DNA of 64,000 bases from Candidatus Bathyarchaeota archaeon (GTDB lineage: Archaea; Thermoproteota; Bathyarchaeia; Bathyarchaeales; Bathycorpusculaceae): positions 96,001 through 160,000 of the forward strand of contig CAWHDT010000009.1 of NCBI GenBank assembly GCA_963828195.1, written 5' to 3'. Below are positions 48,078 to 58,204 of the stretch, piece after piece. The notes beneath the pieces are model-generated. The model was not told the origin of the DNA. It saw only the letters and a program-made list of their open reading frames with translations, and did not search any database. Made by a program: the position numbers and the translations under genes. Every line of letters begins with the position of its first letter. Position 1 is the stretch's first letter.

Positions 48078-48644
48078 GTGTCACATAAAGGGGAAGCATA
48101 TTCGGCGTCTGGCGCCATTTTTTTAGATAACCCGATAAGACGGTTGATTCAGCCGCCTTCGGAACTCATAGAGAAACTTTCCATAAACGCAAACGATGTC
48201 GTCATGGATTTCGGATGTGGACCAGGCTACTTCACTGTGGAACTTGTAAAAAAAGCCAAATCGGTGATAGCGGTTGACCTCTCGCCTGAGATGCTAAATA
48301 AAGCCCGGAACAAAGCGAAGAAAGCAGGAGCTAACAACATTCAGTTTTTGCAAAGTGACGGCACAATCGTTCTACTTGACGAAAAATCGGTTGACCTGAT
48401 TCTTCTTGTAACCGTTTACCATGAGGTCGGCGAGAGCGAAGCCGTTTTAAAAGAGTTCGGCAGAATTCTCAAGCCCGAAGGCAAACTGGTAATTGTGGAG
48501 GTCATAAAGAGGGGAATCTTTCCTGGCGCACCAGTTCAAAACCCAGAAACGCTAAAGGCGGAGGTTGAATCGTCCAATTTCAAGCTGAAGCAAATGCAAC
48601 CCTACAAGCGATTCGGGATTTTCTTCTTTACCAAAAAATATTGA
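48078..48644 (+). CDS. Class I SAM-dependent methyltransferase
   Basis: VMDFGCGPG, AVDLSPEML, RILKPEG. Confidence 0.92.
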   Translation: MSHKGEAYSASGAIFLDNPIRRLIQPPSELIEKLSINANDVVMDFGCGPGYFTVELVKKAKSVIAVDLSPEMLNKARNKAKKAGANNIQFLQSDGTIVLLDEKSVDLILLVTVYHEVGESEAVLKEFGRILKPEGKLVIVEVIKRGIFPGAPVQNPETLKAEVESSNFKLKQMQPYKRFGIFFFTKKY

Positions 48645-48717
48645 TTAGCACTATGCCTGTCTCCGCATGGTATTTGCAGGAAAAAAGAGGAACTCAAATG
48701 GTTAGGACTGTGCATGC

Positions 48718-49791
48718 TCAAAAGCCGAAGCTGTTGATTACTGTGCCGGAGTTTGCGTCGATAACAAGCACGATTTTGTTTCCTTTATGGTCATACTTTG
48801 CGAACCATATTGGAACATGCATCAGTTCCACGTCGCCGACATCCGAATTGGTATTTATTGACTGGATCATGTGATATTTCGCGTGTGCCTTTTGTGATTG
48901 CAGCTGATCTACCAGGGTCTTTGCTTGAGATTTGGCAACTTCTTCGCTGATGTCGCCGTTAAGGATCTTAATGCCTTTAGGTAATTTCGAAATGTCGAAG
49001 ATTTCTCTGCCTTCGAGATTAAATTGGTAATCCTTTGGCTGATAATCTGTGAGAGCCTTCAGCGCAATTACAGGAAAATTGTAGTTTGCATCCATCTGTT
49101 CAGCTTTTTTCATTCCGCCTCCAGACCCCATTCCCATTCCGTAAAACATTATTCTTATCCGCTTTAAGCCGAGAACGTCGCTAAACGGGTTGCCTATTGC
49201 AAATCCGTCTCCAAAAGCTCGTCTTCGTCCTCCGCCTCCGAAGCCGCCTCGTCCTCCTCCGCCGAAACCGCCGCCCATTCCGCCGAATATCACACCCATC
49301 AACGCTGCGGTTGAGGCTGTCTGGGCAACTTGGGCTGTTTCATTTGTTGCCACGATTTGGGTGCGTGCAGAGACGCTGACGATCCAGTAAGGCACGAAGG
49401 TGAGGCTCATTTCTTCTTGTTTTGAGTCTTCATGAAGGTGTCTATGTAGAAGTCCCTTATCCATTAAGGGCGTTATTATTCCGTTCACCTGGTCAACGGT
49501 GGCGACCTTTAAGGGCAACATTGTTGATTTCTGTATGTTAGTCCAACCTTGATTCCCTAAAGTAACTGCGCTGCCGCAATATTCGCATGTTATAACCATC
49601 TCTCCAAATTTGGGCGCTATAGGTGCACCGCAACTTGGGCACTTCAAAGATGTTACTCCAGCCGGCGCAACAACAGGTGCCGATGGGGCTGGCGCTGGTT
49701 TAGGCGCTGAAGTTATTCCGGTGCTTGCTCCACATTTTGGGCAGAATGCTGCATCATCGGGAATCTGAGCACCGCAATTTTGACAAATCAA
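48718..49791 (-). CDS. Double zinc-ribbon protein with Gly/Arg-rich central insert
   Basis: CQNCG..FCPKCG, CPSCG..CEYCG, VPYW, GGGFGGGGRGG, VPIW. Confidence 0.85.
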   Translation of the reverse strand: MICQNCGAQIPDDAAFCPKCGASTGITSAPKPAPAPSAPVVAPAGVTSLKCPSCGAPIAPKFGEMVITCEYCGSAVTLGNQGWTNIQKSTMLPLKVATVDQVNGIITPLMDKGLLHRHLHEDSKQEEMSLTFVPYWIVSVSARTQIVATNETAQVAQTASTAALMGVIFGGMGGGFGGGGRGGFGGGGRRRAFGDGFAIGNPFSDVLGLKRIRIMFYGMGMGSGGGMKKAEQMDANYNFPVIALKALTDYQPKDYQFNLEGREIFDISKLPKGIKILNGDISEEVAKSQAKTLVDQLQSQKAHAKYHMIQSINTNSDVGDVELMHVPIWFAKYDHKGNKIVLVIDANSGTVINSFGF

Positions 49792-49954
49792 TTTTTCACC
49801 AAACTACTAATTTAAGTTTCCATCTCTTAAATTTTCCTCAAATAACTCGGTAAATAGCCTTGAACAGTTTCGTGTTTCTGCAATTTATCCGCGCCTGATT
49901 TTCAATGTTCTTTAGGGAAAAAAACTAAATACCAGAATATCGCATCATACCCAT

Positions 49955-50647
49955 ATGGCGTTTAAAAAGAAATCTAATAACAAAGTCTATGCCGCCGTCA
50001 TCCTTCTAGTTATACTGGCTATTTCAGCCGCCGCTGTAGTCTATGTAGTCAACCAGCATCCCGCTTCTCAACCGGTAAACGTAGGCGTGAAGGTCGGAGA
50101 CACATTCTATTACAATCTGACGGGCACCTCAGTTTTGTTTGATACAGAGGCCACAACCCCAGCCTATCTCTATCAATATAACAATACAAACTACTACCAA
50201 GTTACCATAACGGGAATTAACGGCTCCACAGTCGATTTTGATACTTTATGGACATTTACAAATGGTTCAGCACCGATCGCCAACCAAGAATGGGTCAACA
50301 TAGCGACGGGTGCGAATAGTGGCGATTTCTGGGCTATCTACCCTGCAAACCTTAATGTAAATAACTTGCTTAGTCCCAAGGGATATGATGGGCTCATCGT
50401 TAATAGCACCACCACAGAAACATACACTGCCTCAACCAGGACAACAAATTTCTGGTCAATAGATAACATTTTTACGGATACGAACGATCCGACAGGCAGC
50501 ACACAGCAACAAAACTATATACAAGTCTATTTCGACCAGCCAACAGGAATACTCACCAGCCTAACCAACCTAATAGAATACAACAACCCAGCGTACAACT
50601 TAGTCATCACATGGCAGCTTAACAGCACGAACGTTTGGACAGTTTAA
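49955..50647 (+). CDS. N-terminally anchored extracellular protein
   Basis: Basic N-terminus and TM; VGVKVGDTFYY; Asn/Thr-rich. Confidence 0.8.
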   Translation: MAFKKKSNNKVYAAVILLVILAISAAAVVYVVNQHPASQPVNVGVKVGDTFYYNLTGTSVLFDTEATTPAYLYQYNNTNYYQVTITGINGSTVDFDTLWTFTNGSAPIANQEWVNIATGANSGDFWAIYPANLNVNNLLSPKGYDGLIVNSTTTETYTASTRTTNFWSIDNIFTDTNDPTGSTQQQNYIQVYFDQPTGILTSLTNLIEYNNPAYNLVITWQLNSTNVWTV

Positions 50648-50829
50648 GCCTACTCCATTTTCAAATAACAGGCGCTGCTCGAGAAGATTTTTTTAAATGT
50701 AACTCTGCAGTTTTTCTTTCTTTATAAAGTTGGGCATAAAATTTTGTGTTTCCTGTTGTGTCCTCGTTTTTTAGAAGGAAAAAGAAATAAGCGCCGAGAA
50801 CTTCAAACTACTAGAGGTTTTGTTAAGTC

Positions 50830-51237
50830 ATGTACGACGGATATGTGCTTTTCTGCAATAAAGCGTCACAGCAGCAATGTTTAAGTAGAAAACGCTTTAC
50901 TTGCGCAGAAAAAGAATCTAAACCTTTAGAAGAACTTAAGGTGGGTACCATAATCTTTCTCTTTAACACCGATGACAAAAGTTTGGTTGGGCCATTCACT
51001 ACATTGCCTGAAGGAGACGAATTAGATGCAGGCGCATGGGTTGAAAATGAAGAACACCAATACCCCTACGATGATATCAAAGTAACCTGGGAGGATCTCC
51101 ACATCATTCAAAACGCACAGGAGAAGCTCCCGTTCCTAACTGACCCCAAAACCTGCAAGCTATCAACTGGTCAAACGCAGCGGATTTTGGATCTGCTAAA
51201 AGACGGACCACTTTATCTCAATGATAAAACAAGATGA
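50830..51237 (+). CDS. DCD-like (PUA/EVE superfamily) domain protein
   Basis: GYVLFCN..SQQQCL....F and LKVGTIIFLFN......GPF pattern of DCD domains. Confidence 0.6.
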   Translation: MYDGYVLFCNKASQQQCLSRKRFTCAEKESKPLEELKVGTIIFLFNTDDKSLVGPFTTLPEGDELDAGAWVENEEHQYPYDDIKVTWEDLHIIQNAQEKLPFLTDPKTCKLSTGQTQRILDLLKDGPLYLNDKTR

Positions 51238-51258
51238 TGCAGCTAAAATTTTGTAGTT

Positions 51259-51423
51259 CTAAAATTTCTTGGCGTCCAAGCTGACAATTTTGTGGCAGTT
51301 GATGCAACGAGTCAAAGTCAACTCGAAACCATTGAGAATATCAAATTGCCTATCCGTGTACAATCTTTGATTTTCATGGTCACAAATAACCTCGCCAGTG
51401 ACAACTAGCTTCTCCTCAACCAT
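51259..51423 (-). CDS. Small Cys/His metal-binding protein (54 aa)
   Basis: GGAG SD; CDH...RCINCH. Confidence 0.55.
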   Translation of the reverse strand: MVEEKLVVTGEVICDHENQRLYTDRQFDILNGFELTLTRCINCHKIVSLDAKKF

Positions 51424-51591
51424 TCTCCTTCCCCAATTATTGTAACTTGAAATAAAGTAATAACTCTTTTGGAATCCAACATTGCAGGATATAATTTGCT
51501 TTACTCTTACTCGTTTAATTAAACTTGAAAAAAATCGCAAAAGACGTGAAGCGTTAAATAGCATATTTGCTTTGGATTAACAACATATCAC

Positions 51592-52677
51592 ATGGAGAAA
51601 GTTAGGTTGAAGAGTAAAGGTCCCTTGTTTATTGTTCCTTGGAGATGCACTTTTGAGTGCGGCAGCAGTTGCGTTCACTGTACTTCTGCAGGAAAACCCG
51701 CTGTTGCAGACGAAGTTGATACTGCAGGTGCATTGAAAATTGTCGATGAAGTTTCCGATTTCGGCGCAAGCTTCTTCGGAATTACCGGGGGGCAACCGTT
51801 TCTGCGAAAGGATCTTTTTGAAGTCTTAAGTTATGCCCGAAAGCTTGGTTTGAGCACAAGCATCATAACTGATGGTCGCTTAATAGACCAGAAAACTTTT
51901 GAAAACATCGTCAAAAACGAAGTTAAAATTTCTGTAAGCATTGACGGTGCAGAGAAAACAAATGATGCTATTCGAGGCAAAGGCGCTTATGCAGCCGCGG
52001 TTTCAGCGATAGAGAAGTTTTCACGTGAGAAACTTTTAAACTGCCTCGTATACACCTTTGCCAACGCCGGCGGCTCTGTGACAAACGCTAACGAGGAAGA
52101 TATGCGTCACGTCCTTGATTTAGCCCGCCGATATGATGCCCGCTGGGTGGTTTTCCACGGGTTTATCCCCTACAGCAAAGACAAAAGCAGCCTCAAAGCT
52201 GACCTCACCCCGAAGCAGTACGAGTGGGTCTGCAACAAACTCTACGATTTGACCTTAGAGTACAAGGGGAAACCTGAAATCAACATCTACATTCCTTTCT
52301 ACGCTCGAGTTGCAAAGCAGCGGGGAATGCCTGATTTTGAAAAATGGTACAACAACTTTTTTTTGGGCAGATGCTTCTTCGGCAAATTCATGAGCATCGC
52401 AGAAAACGGCGACGCCATACCCTGCAGCTACAACGACGCCTACAGAATCGGCAACATCAAAGACAAATCGTTGAAAGAAATATGGGTTGAAATGCAAGAC
52501 AGCGAGTTCTTCGCCAAGATTAAAGACAAAAACAACATTAAAGGCAAATGCGGCGTCTGCGAATACAAAGACATTTGCGGCGGCTGTCGCTCCGCAGCCC
52601 TGTTTTATACAGGAGACATTTCAGGTTCAGACCCAAGATGCGCGTATGTCCCCGTGGCTTTGAAACCAAAAGCATAA
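51592..52677 (+). CDS. Radical SAM/SPASM protein (PqqE/AhbC-D-like superfamily)
   Basis: CGSSCVHC, TGGQPF, SPASM C..G...PC...CGVC....CGGCR..DPRC. Confidence 0.92.
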   Translation: MEKVRLKSKGPLFIVPWRCTFECGSSCVHCTSAGKPAVADEVDTAGALKIVDEVSDFGASFFGITGGQPFLRKDLFEVLSYARKLGLSTSIITDGRLIDQKTFENIVKNEVKISVSIDGAEKTNDAIRGKGAYAAAVSAIEKFSREKLLNCLVYTFANAGGSVTNANEEDMRHVLDLARRYDARWVVFHGFIPYSKDKSSLKADLTPKQYEWVCNKLYDLTLEYKGKPEINIYIPFYARVAKQRGMPDFEKWYNNFFLGRCFFGKFMSIAENGDAIPCSYNDAYRIGNIKDKSLKEIWVEMQDSEFFAKIKDKNNIKGKCGVCEYKDICGGCRSAALFYTGDISGSDPRCAYVPVALKPKA

Positions 52678-52884
52678 GCCTATACTATTTAATCTTCAAC
52701 AATAGTTTTTGCCAATCGACGCTTCCAATTTTTGAGCGACATTGCTGTATCTACGCAGCCTTTATTTTCCAAGAGAAAAAAACAAGTCTCTGACCTGTTG
52801 CTTAGGATAAGTAGAGGCGTGGCGTGTATCCAAAAATGTACGGAAGAGAGAGGGGTAAAGGGAATCTGGATACACGTCACACGT

Positions 52885-53208
52885 TTATGAGCTTCTCAGG
52901 TGCTGTCGGAAGAGGGCGCCGTACTTTTGTCTTGATTTGTTGTAGTTTAGCTGTGCTTTGCTGTTGGGGTGGAGGATTTTTTGTGATTGTTTGCTTGTGA
53001 TGAAGACTGATCCGCCGTTTTTGAGGTGTTCTTTGACTTGAAAAAAGTTTACTTGTTTCGACTCTTGAACTTCAACGTCTTCGCTGCTATCGTTGTCCAG
53101 CAGTAGAACTTGGAATAGCGGCGCTTTAGCTTTTTTATTTGAAAAAAGATTACTCAAGAATATTTCCCTTCTTACAGTTTGAGAGTAATTTATATTTAAT
53201 TTGAACAA
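52885..53208 (-). CDS. Hypothetical protein (true start probably near 53157)
   Basis: Open frame, HLKNGGSVFITS. Confidence 0.65.
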   Translation of the reverse strand: MFKLNINYSQTVRREIFLSNLFSNKKAKAPLFQVLLLDNDSSEDVEVQESKQVNFFQVKEHLKNGGSVFITSKQSQKILHPNSKAQLNYNKSRQKYGALFRQHLRSS

Positions 53209-53252
53209 TTCTTAAAGCTATGTGATTGTCAACAGACTACCACAAGGTTATA

Positions 53253-53909
53253 TTACTGCAGAATGAACGAAACGATCCGTTTATCTTTTAACGTTTTCAC
53301 CGACAAATCAGACTTTTCTTTCTCAAGTTCCGCCTCAGAATAAACACCTGTTTCAACAGCAACGCAGCTCATACTTGCTGATTTTGCAGCTTTAACACCG
53401 AAAATCGAATCCTCAACAACCACGCACTTCTCCGGTCTCGCCTTCAGTTTAGATGCAGCTTTTAAGAAAATTTCTGGGCTCGGTTTCGAATGCGAAATTG
53501 ACTCCGCCGTCAAAACTGCGTTGAAGCATTTTTCTATGCCTTTGGCTTTAAGCAAGTGAACGATCACTGAGCGGTTATTCATCGATGCCAAACCCATTTT
53601 CACTTTGCCAGTTAACTCTTCAAGCAACTCTCTAGCCCCGGGGAACAGCTTCACCTGGTCAGTTAACTCGATTTCAAGTTCGCTCTTGCGCTCAACTAAC
53701 TGATGAATCAGTTTTTCGTCAAACGCCATTTTGGTCGCCTGCAATATGTCTCGAAAGGTGTCAGCTGCGCCTATTCCTATGCGGCGTTCAATGTAGTTGT
53801 CGGTTACTGTGCAATTTACTTCCCTTAGGGTTTGTTGGAAAGCGATAACGATTACCTTTCGCGTATCGCCTAGGGTTCCGTCCCAGTCAAAAATAACTGC
53901 TTCAAACAT
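53253..53909 (-). CDS. HAD-family phosphatase (beta-PGM/CbbY-like)
   Basis: FDWDGTL, KPSPEIF, VVEDS. Confidence 0.93.
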   Translation of the reverse strand: MFEAVIFDWDGTLGDTRKVIVIAFQQTLREVNCTVTDNYIERRIGIGAADTFRDILQATKMAFDEKLIHQLVERKSELEIELTDQVKLFPGARELLEELTGKVKMGLASMNNRSVIVHLLKAKGIEKCFNAVLTAESISHSKPSPEIFLKAASKLKARPEKCVVVEDSIFGVKAAKSASMSCVAVETGVYSEAELEKEKSDLSVKTLKDKRIVSFILQ

Positions 53910-53920
53910 GGCTAATCGTG

Positions 53921-54727
53921 CTAGTTTAGGTTTAGTTTCTCCCTGATGGCTTGGCTTTTCTTGGTGGCTTCTTCGATTGCCCGCATCATGGCTGGTCTAA
54001 TTTGGCTTTGTTCAATTTGATATATGGCTTCGATTGTTGTGCCGCCTGGAGTGGTGGTCATGTCCTTGATTTTGGAGGGGTCAAGATGCAGGTCAACAAC
54101 AAGTTTGCCTGAACCAACAACCGTTTGAGCCGCACAAGTCAACGCGATGTCCCGCGGCAACCCAACCTTCAACCCAGCATAAGTCATAGCCTCAATGATA
54201 ATTGACATGTACCCTGGTCCGCTGCCGCTTAGAGCTGTTATGGCATCCATATATTTCTCGTCCATTTCCTCGCAAATCCCCATCATGTTCAGCAGTGTTT
54301 TAACTTTTTCTTTGTCTTGCGCAGTGACGTTTGCTTCACAGCAGTAAGCAGTGTAGGCTGCCTGCACCAGCGCACCCAAGTTAGGCATGATGCGCACTAT
54401 CTTTGCGTCAGAAGCATTCTTCTTCAAAAAGCCCAGCGGGACGGTAGCCGCGACAGAGATTAACAGTTTGCCCTTTATTTCCAGGCTGATCTCTTTGAGA
54501 ACCTTTTCAACATCGCCAGGCTTAACAATAATGAAAACAATATCGGCGTCATCAGCAGCTTTTTTGTTGTCTGTGGACGTTTTTACGCCGAGGGCTTCAA
54601 ATTCCCTGAGCTTCTCAATAAAGATGTCGACTGCCGTTATTTTGCCTTGATACCCGCCTTTGAGCAGGCTTTTGATGACGGCGCCACCCATCATGCCAGT
54701 GCCGATTACTGCAATTTTATCATTCAT
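53921..54727 (-). CDS. proC: Pyrroline-5-carboxylate reductase
   Basis: IGTGMMG, RIMPN, TALSGSGPGY, TPGGTT. Confidence 0.96.
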   Translation of the reverse strand: MNDKIAVIGTGMMGGAVIKSLLKGGYQGKITAVDIFIEKLREFEALGVKTSTDNKKAADDADIVFIIVKPGDVEKVLKEISLEIKGKLLISVAATVPLGFLKKNASDAKIVRIMPNLGALVQAAYTAYCCEANVTAQDKEKVKTLLNMMGICEEMDEKYMDAITALSGSGPGYMSIIIEAMTYAGLKVGLPRDIALTCAAQTVVGSGKLVVDLHLDPSKIKDMTTTPGGTTIEAIYQIEQSQIRPAMMRAIEEATKKSQAIREKLNLN

Positions 54728-54820
54728 AACTATCCCTTGTTACTTTAACGACTGGCGACTTTGCTCTTAAACTTTTTTTGTCTGCCGTTCTGCATGCTAT
54801 ATTTACTGCATTTTTTTGGA

Positions 54821-54844
54821 GTAAATACTAGACCTCCTCATAGG
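54821..54844. repeat. Dispersed 24-bp repeat GTAAATA(A/C)TAGACCTCCTCATAGG; second copy at 4-27
   Basis: 23 of 24 identical to positions 4-27; both intergenic. Confidence 0.75.
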
Positions 54845-54942
54845 GTAGGTGGTCAGGTTCAGGGCTTTTTTCACGTTAGTTTTCGTGTTCAGGGCTTAAT
54901 CTGAGGTTTTCGTCACCAGCAAAAAACACCAAAAAATTTCAT

Positions 54943-56187
54943 CTAACACGTAGGGTTCGCTTGGTTCGCTTTTTTGTCCGAAGATGCTAATAGTTTTAGT
55001 AGTTTGTGAATTGTTGCTGTCGGCGCATTTGTCCTGATGCCTCGTGTGTTAAAGTGGGTTGGTGCTGCTTGGAAACCGTTTTTTCGGAGGGCATCGAGGA
55101 GCGCTTGTATGGCTGGTGAGGGCAAGCCTAGTTTTCCGCTTAATTTGTCAACTACAAAGTATGTTATGGGGGCTGAGGCTTCATCTTTGGTTAAGTTGAG
55201 GAGCTTTGTGATTCTGGCGCTGTTTCTGAAAGCCACGGCTCTGTTTTCCTTTAACATTAACTCAACGAAAGCCTGGTTAATGATATCTCCGAGCCATAGT
55301 GGACCTGCGTAATCCATTTTTGAGCCGCAACTGGGGCATTGGAGGCTGCTGAAGGGTTGATGCGTGGTTTCTCGGTGAAGGCAATTGTAGCAGTGCAGGA
55401 TGTACCCGAGGGTTTTGATGCTTTCATCTGCTTTCTTTGCGCCGTAAGCGATTTGACTGTAGAGTCGGATGTAGTGTTCGCTGCTGTGGCTGAAGAGGAC
55501 TTGGATGCCGATGTCATGCTTCGCCGCCAACGTGGCGGTGCAGCCCGCTAAAAGCCGAACCGCAAGCTCATGGCAATACTCCGTTCGCATGGGTCTGCCA
55601 CCGTATTTTCGCACGCAAGCTTTAGCATGTACCCCGCACAGAGGCGCGAGGTCGGTTGCTGTCGAAGCCAATAAACCGTTGTTGCGGATTGCTTGAAGAG
55701 CAGAATCCAAGAATGGCGCTGGAGTTCCAAACGGGTCAACATCCACTAGGTCAAACCTTTTCTTGGGCGAGGCATTGCAGCTTAAAACGCAGTTTGCATC
55801 TTTATGCTTGACCGTGACCAACTTTTCAAATCCGTTGAGTTGCACGTTGTGCTTTGCAAGCTTGAATGCATGCTCGTTTATGTCGCTGATTAAAACCCGC
55901 TTTACGCCTTGGATTTCAGCGGCGAAGCGGATTCCCCGGATGCCTTGGCTGGTGAAGGGGTCACAGATTGAAATTTCCCTGTTAACCATGCGTTGGTACG
56001 CTTGGAACGCTAAAACGGTGAGATCGCGGTTAAACTCCATAACTGGGTTGTAGAAGACTGGAGCTCTGGACGGCGCATAGTCGGAGGGCACAACTCCGTA
56101 GGCTTCCAGTTTGGGCACTAACACTTGCACTTTGCCTTCCTTGATTATTTCGCTTGGAAAATCAGCTACGTACCCGTCATCAACCAT
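54943..56187 (-). CDS. trm1: tRNA (guanine26-N2)-dimethyltransferase
   Basis: VFYNPVMEFNRD, GIRGIRF, DVDPFG, TATD, CYNC..CPSC, GPLWLG. Confidence 0.96.
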   Translation of the reverse strand: MVDDGYVADFPSEIIKEGKVQVLVPKLEAYGVVPSDYAPSRAPVFYNPVMEFNRDLTVLAFQAYQRMVNREISICDPFTSQGIRGIRFAAEIQGVKRVLISDINEHAFKLAKHNVQLNGFEKLVTVKHKDANCVLSCNASPKKRFDLVDVDPFGTPAPFLDSALQAIRNNGLLASTATDLAPLCGVHAKACVRKYGGRPMRTEYCHELAVRLLAGCTATLAAKHDIGIQVLFSHSSEHYIRLYSQIAYGAKKADESIKTLGYILHCYNCLHRETTHQPFSSLQCPSCGSKMDYAGPLWLGDIINQAFVELMLKENRAVAFRNSARITKLLNLTKDEASAPITYFVVDKLSGKLGLPSPAIQALLDALRKNGFQAAPTHFNTRGIRTNAPTATIHKLLKLLASSDKKANQANPTC

Positions 56188-56266
56188 GCACGTGTGCTCC
56201 AGAGGTTTTGTTTATCAAAAGAATTTTATCGCCATATTAGACTTCTGGTTAATGCGGTGAGAATCG

Positions 56267-56830
56267 ATGCGGAAGCGAGTTTTGCTCTTGACAGGTGCTC
56301 CGGGCGTTGGGAAAACCACGGTGCTAATCAAAACTGTGGAGGCTCTCAAAACTGAGGGCGTGAGCGTCGGAGGCATGATAAGCCGTGAAGCAAGAGAAGG
56401 CAACGTGCGGGTCGGTTTTGAAATTATTGATTTAGCCAGCGGCAAGCACGGGTGGCTAGCGCGCGTAGACCAGAAGATTGGTCCTCAAGTCGGCAAGTAC
56501 CACGTTAACTTAGAAGACCTCGAAAAAATCGGGGCAACTGCCATCGCAGAGGCAACCCAAAAATGTGCGGTCGTCGCCATTGACGAGATTGGCCCTATGG
56601 AGCTTTTCTCGCAAACGTTTGGACAAGCTGTAAAGCAAGCGTTAGAAAGCAAAAAACTTGTGTTGGCGGTCGTGCACGCGAAAGCCAGAGATCAACTGAT
56701 AAGTGAGGTTAAAGGAAGAGAAGACGCTGAGATTTTTACGGTTGTTTTTGCTAACCGCGAAGGGCTGCCCCAACAGCTAAGTAAGCAAGCGTTAACTTTT
56801 CTTTTGTCGGCTAAATCCAATCGGTTTTAA
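56267..56830 (+). CDS. Nucleoside triphosphatase (THEP1/NTPase_1)
   Basis: TGAPGVGKTT, RVGF, VGKY, IDEIGPMEL. Confidence 0.94.
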   Translation: MRKRVLLLTGAPGVGKTTVLIKTVEALKTEGVSVGGMISREAREGNVRVGFEIIDLASGKHGWLARVDQKIGPQVGKYHVNLEDLEKIGATAIAEATQKCAVVAIDEIGPMELFSQTFGQAVKQALESKKLVLAVVHAKARDQLISEVKGREDAEIFTVVFANREGLPQQLSKQALTFLLSAKSNRF

Positions 56831-57197
56831 TTTCTTTTACGGCTTTAAAATGGGGGTCATCCGAAATGCATGGCGCTTTAAGAAATAAGGCTGTTGCCGC
56901 TATTATGCTGTCAGCCATTGACATCCCGTATTTTATGCCAAGTTCTGCTGATGATCTTGCGATTGTAGCGTCAACTTCTATAATTTTATAGTCCTGTTCC
57001 AGAACTGTTGCTCTTAATATCGCCGTTTCCCTGCCTTCTCTTCTAAGTGTCACCTGATATACTTCATGTATAACAACCGCGGAAATGAAATGTTCATTGG
57101 TCCTTTTCCACAATTCCCTTAGCTTTTTTACGGTTGTAGGGTCAGGAGTGTAATAATTTTCTACAAAAAACCTCGTATCATAAACGGCTCTAGACAT
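56811..57197 (-). CDS. vapC: PIN-domain toxin (VapC)
   Basis: YDTRF, ISAVVIHE, SMADSIIAATA, SDDPHF. Confidence 0.92.
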   Translation of the reverse strand: MSRAVYDTRFFVENYYTPDPTTVKKLRELWKRTNEHFISAVVIHEVYQVTLRREGRETAILRATVLEQDYKIIEVDATIARSSAELGIKYGMSMADSIIAATALFLKAPCISDDPHFKAVKEIKTDWI

Positions 57198-57435
57198 CTT
57201 GAGCCCTGAGTTCATCAAGTAGCTTCTTCATTTCTTCTACGGTGGCGTATTTAGCGCCCGACCCAGCAAGATCAAACGTTGTTAATTGCCGTTTAAACAA
57301 TATTCCATCTTTAGTATCCAGGACTTCGAGCTTTGTTCCTTCTTCTATGTTGTATTTTCGTCTAAGACGAACAGGAATGGTTGTCTGTCCCTTTCTTGTA
57401 ACTACCACCACTTCAGGCTCCAATTCCACTACCAT
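57190..57435 (-). CDS. vapB: AbrB/MazE-type antitoxin (VapB)
   Basis: VTRKGQTTIPVRLRRKYNIEEG; overlaps vapC. Confidence 0.9.
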   Translation of the reverse strand: MVVELEPEVVVVTRKGQTTIPVRLRRKYNIEEGTKLEVLDTKDGILFKRQLTTFDLAGSGAKYATVEEMKKLLDELRAQDV

Positions 57436-57491
57436 ATGAACCCACATACTACAAACACTTAAGTAGTACTTATAAAAGTTACTACAGCTGC

Positions 57492-57905
57492 TCAGATGTC
57501 TTCCGCGCATTTGCTTATTTCGCTTATTGCATCCGAGAAATCTTTTTTGGCGGGTTTTATTCCTTTTTTGGACACTGACATAAGGTTCTTGTAGCCTTTT
57601 TCAGAAAGTTCCCGCTCTAAACCCTTTAAGGCGCTACCTTTCGCAATTGCATACGTGCAGAAAAGAATCGTTTTTTTGTTTACGCCCTCTGGCAGTTTTT
57701 TTACAAATAAAGAAACTTCTGGAACCGCTCTTAAACCCATTACGGGTGTGCCGATAATAAGCAAATCGAAGTCAGTTGCCACCGTTGTTTGTACCGATGC
57801 GATGTCAAAAAGTGGCGCTTTCAGCGATTCAGATATTGCCTCTGCAAAACGTTTCGTATTTCCGGTTCTGGAAAAGTAAAAAACTGCCGTTTTCAGGTTT
57901 CCCAA
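57492..57905 (-). CDS. Flavodoxin-like protein
   Basis: YFSRTGNT, IGTPV. Confidence 0.9.
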   Translation of the reverse strand: MGNLKTAVFYFSRTGNTKRFAEAISESLKAPLFDIASVQTTVATDFDLLIIGTPVMGLRAVPEVSLFVKKLPEGVNKKTILFCTYAIAKGSALKGLERELSEKGYKNLMSVSKKGIKPAKKDFSDAISEISKCAEDI

Positions 57906-57910
57906 CTAAT

Positions 57911-58204
57911 TCACTGTTTCCTATTTTTTGCCTTAAGTTTTTTTTCTTGCTGTTTTGGCTGTTCATCCCAGTATTTGTCGAATTCTTCTGGATCCATTAT
58001 GTCGAGGCTTTTTAGTTGCTGGCTGAAGGCGTCCAGCGCGCAAGGATTGTTGAGGTGTGCATGGTAAACTTCGATTAGAAGGTTTATAGCCATCGACTGG
58101 GAAATCGGCTTTTTCGCCATAAACGTTAATTCTTCAGCGGTCTTCGCTAAATCTTCGTAGATTTTATCGGGCAAATTAAGTGTTTTAACCATATTTTCCA
58201 CCAA
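57911..58204 (-). CDS. Hypothetical protein, possibly ribbon-helix-helix
   Basis: KTLNLPDKIYEDL N-terminus; in operon between two flavodoxins. Confidence 0.65.
   Translation of the reverse strand: MVENMVKTLNLPDKIYEDLAKTAEELTFMAKKPISQSMAINLLIEVYHAHLNNPCALDAFSQQLKSLDIMDPEEFDKYWDEQPKQQEKKLKAKNRKQ

Noticed and set aside
49130-49290. Intron or insertion inside the zinc-ribbon gene
   Set aside because: Frame is open and no BHB is evident; Gly-rich low-complexity loop
51592-52677. PqqE and PQQ biosynthesis linked to the propeller proteins, or a RiPP cluster
   Set aside because: No pqqA-D and no convincing precursor peptide adjacent; function unassignable
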